A DNA stretch of 64,000 nucleotides, taken from the NCBI RefSeq assembly GCF_011745625.1, contig NW_027191468.1:310001-374000 (forward strand). Reading direction: 5' to 3'. The number at the start of each line of letters is the position of its first letter. Positions within the stretch are counted from its first letter, which is position 1. Below the pieces are notes generated by a model. It made no database searches, was not told where the DNA came from, and saw only the letters and a list, made by a program, of their open reading frames with translations. This document shows positions 34,096 to 45,772 of this stretch, piece after piece. Source of the DNA: Cladosporium halotolerans. Its lineage: Eukaryota. Position numbers and translations under genes: made by a program.

Positions 34096-36820
34096 TCACC
34101 GCCCCCTCAAACTCCCCACCCCATTAATGCTCACAACCGGCATCGCCACCCCGCTGCCCTCCGCAGCCTCCCACCGCCTCAACTCCCCCTCCAACTTCCC
34201 CCTAAGCACGCCCCTCACCCTCCTCCCCTCCTCCAAATCCCCAGCCCCAGCACAACTCCGACTCCCCCAAACCCCCTCCCCAGCAACCTCAACACCATAC
34301 CCCGGCCGGAACGCAAGGCGGTACAGCACGACGCTGAAGAACCGCGCCTCCGCGATCCCCTCCCCACCCTCGGATATGCCAATCGAAGAAGCAGCAGCAG
34401 CAGCGCAATAGCGCACCACGAACCTCCCACCTCCCCCTCCGCCAGTACCCTCGGTAGTCTCGACGCCCTCCCACCCCGCCGCCGCAAGGCCCTTCCGCAC
34501 CGCGAGGACGAGCCAGCGCAGGTCTGGGCACGCGAAGTCGGGGCGGATTTTTTTGGGCAGGGAGGCTGGCGCGAGGGTTCCGGGGGAGAGGAGGTCGGTT
34601 GTGGTTGCGTGGGAGGGGGTGTGGGCGAGGACGGTTGCGGGGTTGAAGAGCGGGTCCGCGGGGAGGGGGAAGGGGGTTGTTGGGTGGAGGGCGTTGGCTT
34701 TTAGTGTGAGGGTTAGGGGAAGGGAGGGGCGGGTGAGAGGGTTGGTTTTGGTGGTGGGGGCTGGGGAGAGGGGTTGCAGGAGGGTTTGGATGAGTTGCGG
34801 GGTTAGGAGGGAGGGGTTCAGGAGGGAGGGGTTCAGGAGGGAGGAGGGCGCGGGGCGGGGCGCGTGGGTGAGGTTTTTGGCGATCTGGGGCGTGAAGCAG
34901 GCTTGTTGCTCGGCGAGGATGCTGTCGCGCAGGGGGTGGTGTTTGGCGTCGCGGAAGATGGGGTTGCGGGCTGCGAGGGAGTAGGCGAGGAAGGCTTCGG
35001 CGCGGCGGGTTTGGAGGAGGTAGATGTCGGCCATCCAGTGGGCGGCGGCGCAGTGGCCGGCGTTGATTTGGGAGGGGTGGGTGATGGGGGCTTCGAAGAC
35101 GGAGGCGAGGTGGAGGAGGGCTTGGTTGTGGTTTCCTGTTAGGCTGGCGAGGATGCCTTGGAGGTGGCGGAGTTTTCGAGCGACGACTTGGTCCTGGCCT
35201 TCGGGTGTTTGGAGGAGGTGTTCGATGAGGAGTTTGGCTTGGGACCATTGCTGAGAGTTCCATGAGTTGATGATTGCGTTGAGGAGGTTGTCGTTTGAGC
35301 TGGGTGATATTGGCGGCAATGCATATTTGTGCATCACGGGGCTCGCCGGCGTCATGTCTCCTGGTGTTGATCCACGCGGCGTGGGAAGCGACACGGCGCT
35401 GGTTTGTCCGCTTCCCAAGCTTTGATCGCTCTTTCCACCTAGAGAGCCAATGTCCGGATTGACGACGACGTATCGTGACTTGATCGCCCGTGCTGGTCGA
35501 AACAGGCCTCTGGCTCGAGAGGTTCGTCGCGTTGGGGTACTTGGCAATGGACGCCACTCCATTCTCTTGGTTCCGATCGACGGAGTTCCAACGACGGAGT
35601 CTTTCTCCTGGACAGACTCGCTTGACTCTGCAGTAGGCTCGATCAATGAGTGAACGATGTCTTCTGGTGTTGCACTTTGACCTTCAAAATCTGCCTTCGT
35701 CATGTTGGACACACTTGGTAACTGCGATGCGCTGGATATGCGTGGAAGCCGGCTGAAGAAGCTTTCATGGCTTTTAAGATTGCCAGTACGGACTGAAGTG
35801 CTTCGGCTGATTTGCTGCGCATTCTGATAGTCTGCGTGGTATCTCGACACCGGTAGTGGCCAGTGGGGGCCTACCCTTTGGCTCTGGCGTTGTTGCACGT
35901 TGATAGCCGTATGATCTGCTGCGCTCCCTGCGGTGATACTCGTTGCGATTGCAGGCGGACATGCGGTGGTGTTGCTGGGCTCATCAGCCAGAATGTAAGA
36001 CGACGCCTGATCGATGTCGACCGACATTACGTCGAAAAGAGTAGAAGATGCAGCCCAGCCAGCTGGCTTGCTCAAATGCAGCTGAGGCTTGTCCTTCTTG
36101 CGTACGGTTGCGGAATGCGGATTGATGTTGGCTTGACCAGAAACGACCTGCTTCTCCTCTTCCAGCACGACACTGTGAGTAACCTGCTTCTCTTCTTCTG
36201 GCTTATCGATGCGCACGATATCACTGCGCGCGCTCAGCCTTTGCGAGAAGCTGGCACGATTCGAGCTGAACGACCATGAGCTAGACGCGGTGCTTGCATG
36301 GACTCCGTCGTCGCTGTTTGAGGTCAATGTTGACAATGATCCGGGTTGTCTGGTGCTTGGGCTCGTCTCGGAGCCTGGAATTAGACCCAGCCTGCCTGTT
36401 GGCCGCTCTACTGCCTCGAGTGCAAGGGTCAATTTCCGTGTCACTTCGTCGACATCGTTGAGTAGGTCCAGTATCACGCCGCTCTCAACCCCATCGCCTT
36501 CAGAAGGAGCGTCTTGCAGGGTTTGCCGAAACTTCTCGAGCATTACTCCGCTCTCGCCAACAGCTTGAAAGACACCGACATCTTCTGGTCGGACAGGCGT
36601 TTCACCGAGAGCCTCGTCCGCTTCCTCAAGCCTGTTGCGCAGCGACCTAACGCTTCGCGCAAGTGGACGATAAGAGCTAGACGGCTCTTGACCTGTAATT
36701 ATTCCGTCAGCAGCAGCATCGGCAGAAGGGATCGCGCACTTTTCACATACACGAGCAATAAATCTCGTGAGCCAACGCCCTCACACCCTGCAAATCGAAC
36801 GTCCAACTCTGCGTTGGCAT
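34096..36820 (-). CDS. Hypothetical ~888-aa protein: helical N-terminal domain, disordered middle, TPR-like helices. Exons 36820-36751 and 36692-34096.
   Basis: The 815-aa ORF extends upstream through a GTATGT...CTGAC...ACAG intron to MPTQSWTFDLQGVRALAHEIYCSC|QEPSSSYRPLARSVRSLRNRLEE. TPR-like segment WSQAKLLIEHL...LRHLQGILASLTG...AAHWMADIYLL. Confidence 0.75.
34800..34848. repeat. Short in-frame tandem repeat (15-nt unit, ~3 copies, encoding PSLLN)
   Basis: GGTTAGGAGGGAGGGGTTCAGGAGGGAGGGGTTCAGGAGGGAGG; translation SSLLNPSLLNPSLLTP. Confidence 0.7.
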
Positions 36821-37478
36821 GTTGTCAAGCCTCGCCTGAAAAAGCAACAGAGAACTCGTATCGTCGCACGCTCACGTCGCAGGGAAATGAGCGGTGACAG
36901 CTGGCGTGACGATTGCCTAGATGCGTGCAACCTGCCAGACGACTTTTGTTGGGATAGTTGCATATCACGCTGATGCCACGGGGCTGTCATGGTCGTCTAG
37001 TCGGCGTTCGGGGCCGAGCAGTTGCCTAAGGAGGCGGTGTTGGTCGCGATCCTGCGACCAGGCTGAGGTATCGGGTAGGCAGGCGACTTGGGCTGCACCG
37101 GGTGCGCGGCGTCAGCTGAGAGTGCGCATAGCATATGCGGCTGGGGTCGAACCCGACAGCATCTTCGCTCGGGTGCTGGATCGTGTTCGTGTGCGTGTAC
37201 AAATCATGTAGGTAAGCAGAAAAAGCAGGGAAAGCTGGGGCGTCAGGCGTGAGGATGGCCTGAGCTGTAATTGAAGATAACAGGGTGTCTAGACGAATGT
37301 CTGCCAGTCAGAGATCGCAAGAATTTGTGTCTCGTCCACAGTAACGATTGCAAAAGACTGCGGTACAACTGCATCCTTGTAGAGGTGCCATAATCCACAC
37401 CAGATGCATGTTCAGTGCATTGGAGGTGTGGATCTTGTTCTTTTGAGGCCCTCAAATGCACAAGAGGCCACTCCTTAA

Positions 37479-39219
37479 TCAAACCCCATCGCGATACCGA
37501 GTTTGATCCAACCCATGCATCCGATATTGCGGCACTACGTCTTCCAATGCCTCATCAGAGAACTTGAGATCCTCCTCGATCGACACGGTGTCTTTGATCT
37601 TCCACAACATCACTGGTGCGGCAATCACCAAGCTGACGGAAAGGAGAACCCAGTTCGAGATGAACAGAGACATGTACTCCACTTTCAGCCCGTCAAGACG
37701 CCAGGTGACGGCTGCTCCGGCTGACTGTATGCCCCTGCCAAGGACAGTTAGCGAGTTCAGTCATTTTGAGATGAAGTGAAGAGCTTACTTGTAAAAGCCG
37801 GCGAAATTCGCAAGCTTGCGGCCATTGTTCGTCATAGCACCCATGAACCTGTTGTTTGTCAGCGACAACTTTAGCTGAGTTTCCGGGAACGCAGTTACCA
37901 ATAGACGCAAGTCTGCCATGCAGCATCGTAGAAGCCGTAGAAAAATTATAGGAACATTGGACCGATGTAGCCAGCGTCTGTCCAGTCCATCTTGAATTCG
38001 TCATTCTCGATACCTTCAGGCATTTGAGCCCGAGTGTAGGACCTTTGAAAGTCATAACCGCCTCCCCATACTGCAAATGTGAGGGCAAGCAGAACGATCC
38101 ATGCAACAACGGCTCGCGTCGTCCTTCGCAAGCCAGAGTAGTCCAGCGCGAAGCCGAAAACGGTTGCACCCATGATCTGCGCAATCCAGTAGAGGATGTT
38201 GTTCAGTGCGCGAGTGCGAAGATTGAAGCGGGCGAGGTTGACACCATTGAACTGATAAGTGTAAAACCAGTTCGAAGCAAAGAACATTGGGAAGAGGCAC
38301 AAAATGTAAGGATCGGTGAAAAGAGTCTCCCACAGCCCGAGAATCTCGGATTTCCATGTAGGGTTGCGTTGTAAGATTATGCGGGAGCCGTCCATGCGAA
38401 TCACATGTTTAGCGTCGACAAGTGTCCAAGCCAAACAAGCGCCCATGAATGTGAGGACAAGAAAGGCGATGTAAGTGCCGTCATTGACCTTTCGGTTGGT
38501 ATCGACACGGTGATTTTGTCCAAGTGGTACCTACATAGATTGTCAGCAGGGACTTCGACTTTCCTTCTAGCATTCAGCATACTCACCAGACCTCCAATGA
38601 CTCCACCAAGGTTGAAGATGGCCCAGAATGCAAAGATGTACCTGCCTTTGGCAGCTTCAGGAGGGTAGGACATCATTATCTGGCCTTGCGCGCTCCACAG
38701 TACACCGGCACAGCAGCCAAGGAGGAATCCTGCAAAGATCACATAACCTTCGTTCTCAGTGTGGTTGTAGCATAAATATGCGGAAACGTAGACAGAATAT
38801 CCTATGCCACCAAAAGATAGCGCAGTCTTGATGCCCAATCGATTTGTGATGGAGCCACTGCAAAAGCCGACAATGGCGAAGGTCGAGTACAGTGCGCTAT
38901 TGGAGTTGTCGCTGACTTCTGATGAGAGCTGGCCGCCGCCACCCAGGCCGTTCAAAGCGTTGAACATGCCTTCTTGTCGTCAGGACATGAGTTCAGAAGT
39001 GGCGAGTCGATAGAGCAACTTACCTGGGCACAAGAAACACACAATAGCTACTAAGACAAGTTGGACCTGAGGAGAAGCATAGTATGGCAATTGAAAGAAG
39101 CGGCGATATCTCCAACCGGTAGGAACCATCTTGTCGATTCTGGTTTGGTCTTGCGTTGGCCCAAGAGCCGAGCGACGATTGATGGCCATGGTATCGCTAT
39201 CCTCGACAAACTTTGTCAT
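37479..39219 (-). pseudogene. UNC-93-like (DUF895) MFS transporter, 5 exons, interrupted by one in-frame TAA at 37946-37948 (null allele, recent pseudogene or base error)
   Basis: YASPQVQLVLVAIVCFLCPG|MFNALNGLGGGG, GVLWSAQGQIMMSYP, LFPMFFASNWFYTYQFN, GPMFL*FFYGFYDAAWQTCVYW|FMGAMTNNGRKLANFAGFYK|GIQSAGAA. The other junctions I checked are in frame. Confidence 0.8.
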
Positions 39220-40259
39220 CCTGAACCAAGTCTCTGGCCAGGAGTGGTGTAATGCGTGCTGTGATTCGGCGGTGTTCTGGTTCGTCTATAGCTGGCGTAG
39301 ATGAGATTGAAGAAGAGAATGCACGAGATTTGTGGTAAGGGTACGCAAGATGCTTATAGATCTTACCGCACCAACGGTCATGCCATCCGACACACGTGTT
39401 GAAAAGAGACGTTGCCGTCTTGTTAGCCAGTACAGTGTACGCATTTGGGCGGCCCCATTCCAGCTGAGAAGTACAGCTCTTCAGTAGCGGGAGAAGGTAT
39501 GGCACGTCCCTGTGACTGAGATAAGGTGCTCAAGGCTGCAGCAACAGGGATATAGCAATATGCGTGAAGAGCCCTGCAATGCATTGGAAGACCGAACATT
39601 CGGGGAGCCGTATGCGTATGAGGCTGACGACAGCAAGTCTGCATCTGCTATCGCGGCCTGACTCCTTCAGTCGCGTTGTACTTGAGGGACACTTTCGAGA
39701 CCTTTGGAAGGCATTCCCTCGTGTTACGAAGCTGAGAAAACGTTGATGCTTGGAAAATACCGCAGGCAACCCCTGGATAGAGAGAAAGTCTTGTATTCAG
39801 ATAGCCGCAGTGATCGACCACTTTTCACCAAAACATGCGGCAATCAACTCGATGGCCATTCTCCATTCACTTTCTGTACAGATTCCCGGGCTGCTGATGC
39901 ATTAGATGCCATTTCTGGCTTATGGGAAGGGTGACATCCATCAGGGCTTTCCACACCGGTCAGCTCGGCAGCCAGGATGCCTCACCTCCGATGATCCCAC
40001 AGATATCCGGTGCGAACGACTCTCAGTACCAGCTGCAACGAGAAGTACAAACAGCACCGGAAGAGGCGTGGTTTGCTGACCTCAGCCGCACCCGGCAGCT
40101 TGCAGAAACGCCATCGGTGGAGTCAAGCAACGGCAGCGCCCGTGCGCTAAGCGAATCAGGACTCGCGTCATCGCGACTTCACATCTTCACATGTCAGAAA
40201 CGCGCGCGTTTCTGCGATTGCATGTATCGAAACGCGCAACCGATCCATCAACCCGCATC

Positions 40260-40858
40260 ATGACCGAGAACAAGCCTCCGAGCGAGAATCAGACAGCCTC
40301 GACGTCCAATGCCGACCAACCGGGACGCCCGTACTATGAATCACTACGCACAACGCTCCGGGGAACGCTTGACAAGAAGCGCAAGCTAGACGAGCAGCTG
40401 GCTGCCTTGGAAGAGCAGATCTTCAAGCTGGAGGGCGCATATCTGGAAGAGACAAGCAACTCAGGAAACATTGTGCGCGGCTTTGACGGATGGGTCAAAG
40501 GTGTGAGCGTGGGTGGGCGCGCTGGCGATGACCGGAGACGTGGCCGGGTGAGGGACGAGGATAGGGTGTTTAGTCGCAGTTCAGTGGGCTGGATGAGGGT
40601 GAGTCTTTTAAAGTTATCAGCTTCTTTGCGATTGTTTGGAATACTAAGAACATTTCACAGGCACAAGAAGGCCCAGATTCCAACACTCCGTCACACGCCG
40701 CTACGCCGACCGGCTCGGTTCCAGCCTCTTTGTCGCGTGCAGAGAGCACCTCCGGCAACACGGGCAAAACTGGAAACAAAAAGAAGCGGGCCACTGATAA
40801 GGACGATGACGATGAAAAGGCCCCAAAACGCGGCAAGATTACATACGCCCGGGACTAG
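40260..40858 (+). CDS. EAF6: NuA4 histone acetyltransferase subunit Eaf6; 2 exons
   Basis: KKRKLDEQLAALEEQIFKLEGAYLEETS..GNIVRGFDGWVK...DEDRVFSRSS. Intron 40599-40660; ends KRGKITYARD-TAG. Confidence 0.93.
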
Positions 40859-41023
40859 GGGCTACGCATCGCATTGATAGAGCGTTCCGAGCATGGTGTA
40901 CGGCGTTATTGGCTGGGTAGATACCACGGATTGAGTATTTTGTTTTCAGGAGATCAAAATGGTATGGAGCCTCGTTGGCACCGATGACACAGAGTAATGA
41001 TATGCAGTCGTCACAGTAACCCA

Positions 41024-41690
41024 TCACATTGAATCAGGTTGAGGGAATACAGCCGCCGCGTCTCCCCTGTCTTTTACCCTGTAGGCAACACGTCTGGTTT
41101 TCAGTATTTGACCTGGGCTGTCGCTACCAGGGCTGGTCAAAGGTGCTGTGGAAGCGAAGAATGGGGGGCCCAGGATGGTAGAAGACTGGCTAGATCGAGT
41201 ACCAGCACTCGAGCTAGGGCTTGGGGATGTCGAGCGCGAGTCCTCCCGGTGTACGATATGCGACGGTGGAGGCGTTGCGTCCGATTGCATTCATATGTCC
41301 TGCAAGCGGCTGCCCATCCGTGGCAGAGATCCACAGACACCCGTCGTGAACGCCTTCGTCTCCTCCAGAGTGCCCTGGTCGAAGACATCGACTGTGTCCA
41401 CACTGGTCTTCCTCGGCGTCGACTGGCTGATGCCTTTGTACTGTCGGCATGTCCGAACCACATTCTCGAGCGCAGCAGCACGTCGAGACGATCTTGACCA
41501 GTGCTCTTTGATCTCTCCAGATTCTTCAGCGACGGAGTCCAGCTGTTCGTCTGTCAAACTTGAAGGCTTTCAGCTGTGCAGGATCAAATCCATCAGGTCT
41601 CACAGCAGTATGCGCTCGACAGCGAGTGTAGCTACATTGTCCGTGAAAGTGGCACGGGCGATCTGTAGATGGCGCGTGCAGTTCGACATC
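41024..41690 (-). pseudogene. C-terminal (GED-like) remnant of a fungal dynamin/Mx-like GTPase
   Basis: IARATFTDNVATLAVERILL*DLMDLILHS*KPSSLTDEQLDSVAEESGEIKEHWSR...LENVVRTCRQY resembles the F.DNVA.L.VE..L...L.DE.V..IA.E GED pattern; contains in-frame stops. Confidence 0.7.
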
Positions 41691-41965
41691 ACTAGCCTAT
41701 CGCTTCAATGTCGACATGAACGCCGCGAGAGTGCATCTCGGCGGCATCTGTTCATGCTTCCGTGAGTACAGGCGCTATTAAATCCCACCGCATAATCTGT
41801 TTCGAGGGTTGTGCCGCAAACGAGGTTCGTCCAGCATGATAAAGTCATCACGCTGTCGTCAAAAAACATCTGCAGGCACAAATAACCTCCGTATTCCTTG
41901 TAGTCTACATCTTCCTCCTTGCAAATAGTTCCCCAAGCTCACTCTACCCCAATACAATTGGCAGG

Positions 41966-42462
41966 ATGCAGACTGACGGAGGGGAGATCCCAATCGGTGG
42001 AGACACCGTATCTCAACTCCAAAGTCAAGAGCAGGCTAGTTTGCTTTACGTAATCGACAAGCTTCGACAGGAGAGCATTAACGCAGAGATTGGTATACCA
42101 CAGATTGTCGTCTGTGGAGGTCAGTCAAGCGAAAAAGCTCCCTTCTTGAAGCCATAGCTCAGGTACCCTTCTCAGCTGGTTCTGGCGCGGTCACTTTGTT
42201 TGCAACGCGACTTGTCCTACGAAGGGCCTCTACCGATGCCGTCAGTACTAACATTCTGCCCTCCTGATCGCGTACCGTGGAGCAACGCATGAAAATTGCG
42301 GAGTTTCAACGTCAACTCGAGAGGCTTGACCGCGATGAACTCAACAATTTGTTTTGCTCAGTGTCTGAACATCTCGAGGCCATCGATGGAGGCCGTGGCT
42401 TCAGGATCGAAGTGTCTGGTCCAGGGCAACTGCTGCTACACATTGTCACATCAGATGTTTGA
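41966..42462 (+). pseudogene. N-terminal GTPase-domain remnant of a fungal dynamin/Mx-like protein
   Basis: LLYVIDKLRQESINAEIGIPQIVVCGGQSS[frameshift ~42131]KSSLLEAIAQVPF...TLFATRLVLRR...ILPS*...RIEVSGPGQLLLHIV, truncated just before the DLPG (G3) motif. Confidence 0.85.
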
Positions 42463-42905
42463 AGATTATGATAGAGGCCATTACTGAAATCCAGACAATA
42501 TAGTAGAGCTTAGATACCTGCTCGCCATATAGTTCGAAGTGTCTTCAAGGACAAACCAGAAACCAGCGATCATGCCGACTTCATGGTGGAAGCACACCGG
42601 CGGCTGCGCCACGGTCAAGCGAATGCATTCCTCAATATGCCACAAGCGATATTGCTGCTATGAGAAAACACAGAATTTTTTTCTTTCAACACAATGACAT
42701 CCTTGGGTGGATAGATGTGATGTCGACAATGAGTCGTCAAAAGAAAGTCGTCGAGCCGGAAGTGGAACGAAAACGACATCTGACCTGAGATTGGCGTTTT
42801 GACAAATCCGGGCCAGCTTGCCACTCAAGTTCAACCTGACATTTCGATGGAAAAGGTCACGTTGGATGAAAACATTATTATCACTCGTATTCCATCGATT
42901 CAATA

Positions 42906-43869
42906 ATGCCTGATCAACAACCTGAAGACCTGTGGTTATTCGGCTATGGGTGAACATACCTCCAACCGATCCTATGGACGCAGAGGCTGACTCTGCTACC
43001 AGGTCGCTGATATGGAAGCCTCCGCCTCATTACGGTAATCCTTGTCCATAGTCTATTCTCAAAATTGATATCCAAGATAGCTCACGGCACTGTGAACAGA
43101 TCTGAGAGTTCCGGGCTACATTGAGGGATACGTCCGTCGCTTCTGGCAGGTATGCAGCCGCGCGAGTTGAAACAAATCCGTGAGGGGGCAAATTGCTGAA
43201 GTGGCGGCTGTTAGGCGAGGTTGGTCTGCCGAATCCATGAGATCCCCAAAATCTCGTGTGCTAACAATGTCATAGCCAAGATCATCGCGGGACACCAGAA
43301 GACCCCGGCCGTGTGGTTACCCTCATCGACCGCCAACTCTGGGAGACCTTGACAGACCACGTACGCCGCCGGCAATCCTCAAATCATGATTTCAACTACC
43401 TGACTCACAGAAACATCAGCATGCCTCGGCGCCTCCTCGAGTCTGGGGGGCAGCCTACCGAATCCCATCCGAGCACGTAGCGGAAGTGAAAGAGTATCTC
43501 GACATCCGCGAGATCAACGGGTACAGCATCCAGTACACGCCCTTCAACCACCACGACCAGGATATGAGCGCGACGATGCAGACGATCACGCCAGCGGCCG
43601 ACACCGCGCCGGCCGGCATCCCGCACCCGATCAAGTGCCTCGTGTACATCGGCCTGCCGGACAACCCGCAGTTCCTGGGTCCGCAAGATCCGCAAGCGCT
43701 CGCGGAGAAGATTGTGGTTAGCCGTGGGCCGAGCGGCGAGAATAGAGATTATCTGTATCAGCTCGAGGAAGCGCTGAAGAATTTGAGCGAGGAGAGTGCG
43801 GATGATCATATTTTTGATCTGGCGAGAAGATGTAGAGAGGTGGAGGCGAGGGTACAGGGGGGAAAGTAA
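42906..43869 (+). CDS. ChaC-family glutathione-specific gamma-glutamylcyclotransferase. Exons 42906-42949, 43003-43034, 43100-43149, 43215-43219, 43276-43360, 43411-43869.
   Basis: Spliced translation [61 protein letters not shown]...VWGAAY...YLDIREINGY...GPSGENRDYL. Confidence 0.93.
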
Positions 43870-44126
43870 AACAGCCGCGGCATTGGATGTTGCGCGCCAC
43901 GCGATATATAGAAATATATGAGATCTGGATCCATTACGTGAAACGTCAATGATGGCAAAGATCGAAATGCATTATACTTTCGTGATGGATATCATGAAGC
44001 CCAAGGATTGACGCCCCGAATGTTCCTCCGACCCGCTATGGAATATGGTATGCCTGCTCAGAACGCTCGTAGCAAAGAAAAAGCACACAATGCAAGGGAC
44101 AAAAGAAAATGGTGCTCGTGAGGCAC

Positions 44127-45446
44127 TCAAGGACCGCCTTTGGGTGCCTGATTCCATCGTTTTATGCTCCGGACACCGGCATTGACAACGACGAACTTGG
44201 ACTCCTTGGGATCATAGCAGGCCTGAACGTCAAACATGACCCTGGCTTTCGTTCCTCTGACATCCATAAGGCCCTGAACGACGAAAGAGCCTCTGGGCGG
44301 CTCCAGCTTCTTCGGACGCCAGCCTTTCATCAGTTGCTGCGTGAAGACATGTCGTGCGATCTGGAACTCCACAGGATTGATCAAGTCTGTCGATGACGGC
44401 AGAGGAAGTGAGAGCTGCCAGGGAAGGGGAAGGGGAAGCGGAGTGCGCTCTTCCGAGGCCCTAGGAGATGACTGTGCTTCGTTCGCAGCAGAAGCGGCGC
44501 TGACCAGAGAGCCAGGAGAGCCATCGGGAGAAGTTTGCGCCTTTCCGCTGACTGACGAGCCTCCGCGTCCAGACTTCTGCTTCTCCATCATTTCGAGAGC
44601 AAGCTTGAATCGCTCTTCCACGCTGAAAGGATTCGCCTCCTCCCAACCGAGAGCCTGTTTCAGCTTTCTGTACTGAATGCCACCGAAAATCATAGCAGTC
44701 GCAAAGAAGCCCTCAAATGTCGCTTTTGGCCACAGTGCTCGCGTGGTTCGGTGGTAGGTCTCGGGGCTGATCTTTTGCGGGCTCCAGGCGATAAAGTCGT
44801 CTCCAATTTCCAGCCCCGACCGTACGTACTCTTGCGGCGGTCCGTCAGGAAATGAGATCTCGAGCCACCAGCGACCAATCTTCAAATCCTTGCCGGCCTG
44901 CATAGCGATTTTGGGGTGGTGCTGTAAGCCTGCGAAGACCAGCTGAAGCAGCTCGTCCTGAATCTTCTTTTGGCGCGGCTTGTCTTTCGCGAACTTGACA
45001 AACGCCTGCCACTCCGGATCTGAGCCCTTATAGAATGATCTCGGCAGCTTGGTTGCCCAAGTCATGGGAATGAATGTGCTGTCTTCGTCTGCGAACTCAT
45101 CCTCCTCGTCCTCCTCTTCGTCTCCCTGCTCCTCCCATTCGCCCTCCTCTCCTGCTCTACGACTGACTGTGTGGTCGCTGGCGTCTTCCTCAATCTCCTC
45201 TATTTGTATGTCGATGTGGCGGAGGAGGAACTGGAGCGCCCAGTATGTGGTGCCGGTGTAGACGCAGAATGCAAAGACTTTCTTCCAGGTGAACCCAGCC
45301 GCTCTCATGCGCACAGGCTGGATTTGCTTTTGCGAGCTGCCAAATCGAGTCCAGACATTCCGCGATTGTGCACGTGAGGGTAGCTGGATGGGTCGTCCGA
45401 GAGGGATCTGTTGGCGGAGGGGCAAGGCTCGAGAAAGGCGGAACAT
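44127..45446 (-). CDS. Hypothetical protein, probably mitochondrial membrane
   Basis: ~440-aa ORF with an Arg-rich, acid-free N-terminus (MFRLSRALPLRQQ...), one hydrophobic segment, an acidic stretch, and globular-looking blocks (FYKGSDPEWQAF, PPRGSFVVQGL..YDPK). Confidence 0.75.
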   Translation of the reverse strand: MFRLSRALPLRQQIPLGRPIQLPSRAQSRNVWTRFGSSQKQIQPVRMRAAGFTWKKVFAFCVYTGTTYWALQFLLRHIDIQIEEIEEDASDHTVSRRAGEEGEWEEQGDEEEDEEDEFADEDSTFIPMTWATKLPRSFYKGSDPEWQAFVKFAKDKPRQKKIQDELLQLVFAGLQHHPKIAMQAGKDLKIGRWWLEISFPDGPPQEYVRSGLEIGDDFIAWSPQKISPETYHRTTRALWPKATFEGFFATAMIFGGIQYRKLKQALGWEEANPFSVEERFKLALEMMEKQKSGRGGSSVSGKAQTSPDGSPGSLVSAASAANEAQSSPRASEERTPLPLPLPWQLSLPLPSSTDLINPVEFQIARHVFTQQLMKGWRPKKLEPPRGSFVVQGLMDVRGTKARVMFDVQACYDPKESKFVVVNAGVRSIKRWNQAPKGGP

Positions 45447-45772
45447 GATGATTGTGGGTAGCAAAGCGATAGTCTACCGCATGCGGCGACGTGGTTAGGG
45501 GGTTTCGCTGATGCTGTTTCGTGTTGCGACAAAAGGAAAAGGTGTGGTGAATCGATGATGAGAGAGGGTCTGGCCGGAAGATGGGGATTCGAAGCCGGCG
45601 CAGGCAGCGCGCTTGGGGTGGCGGAGCGTCAGATGCGCCATCGATCGGCCGACCTGCCGAGTCCAGAGCAGCAGCTCGCCGCCGCCCTGGACATGTACGC
45701 GGCGACATCATCAGGCAGTGAGGACCAGCTCGTGCGGACGACCTGCGCCTCTGTCCACCCTCCTCCATCACC

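Noticed and set aside
42720..42788. 22-codon ORF upstream of ChaC as a possible uORF
   Set aside because: Transcription start is unknown, and such ORFs arise by chance.
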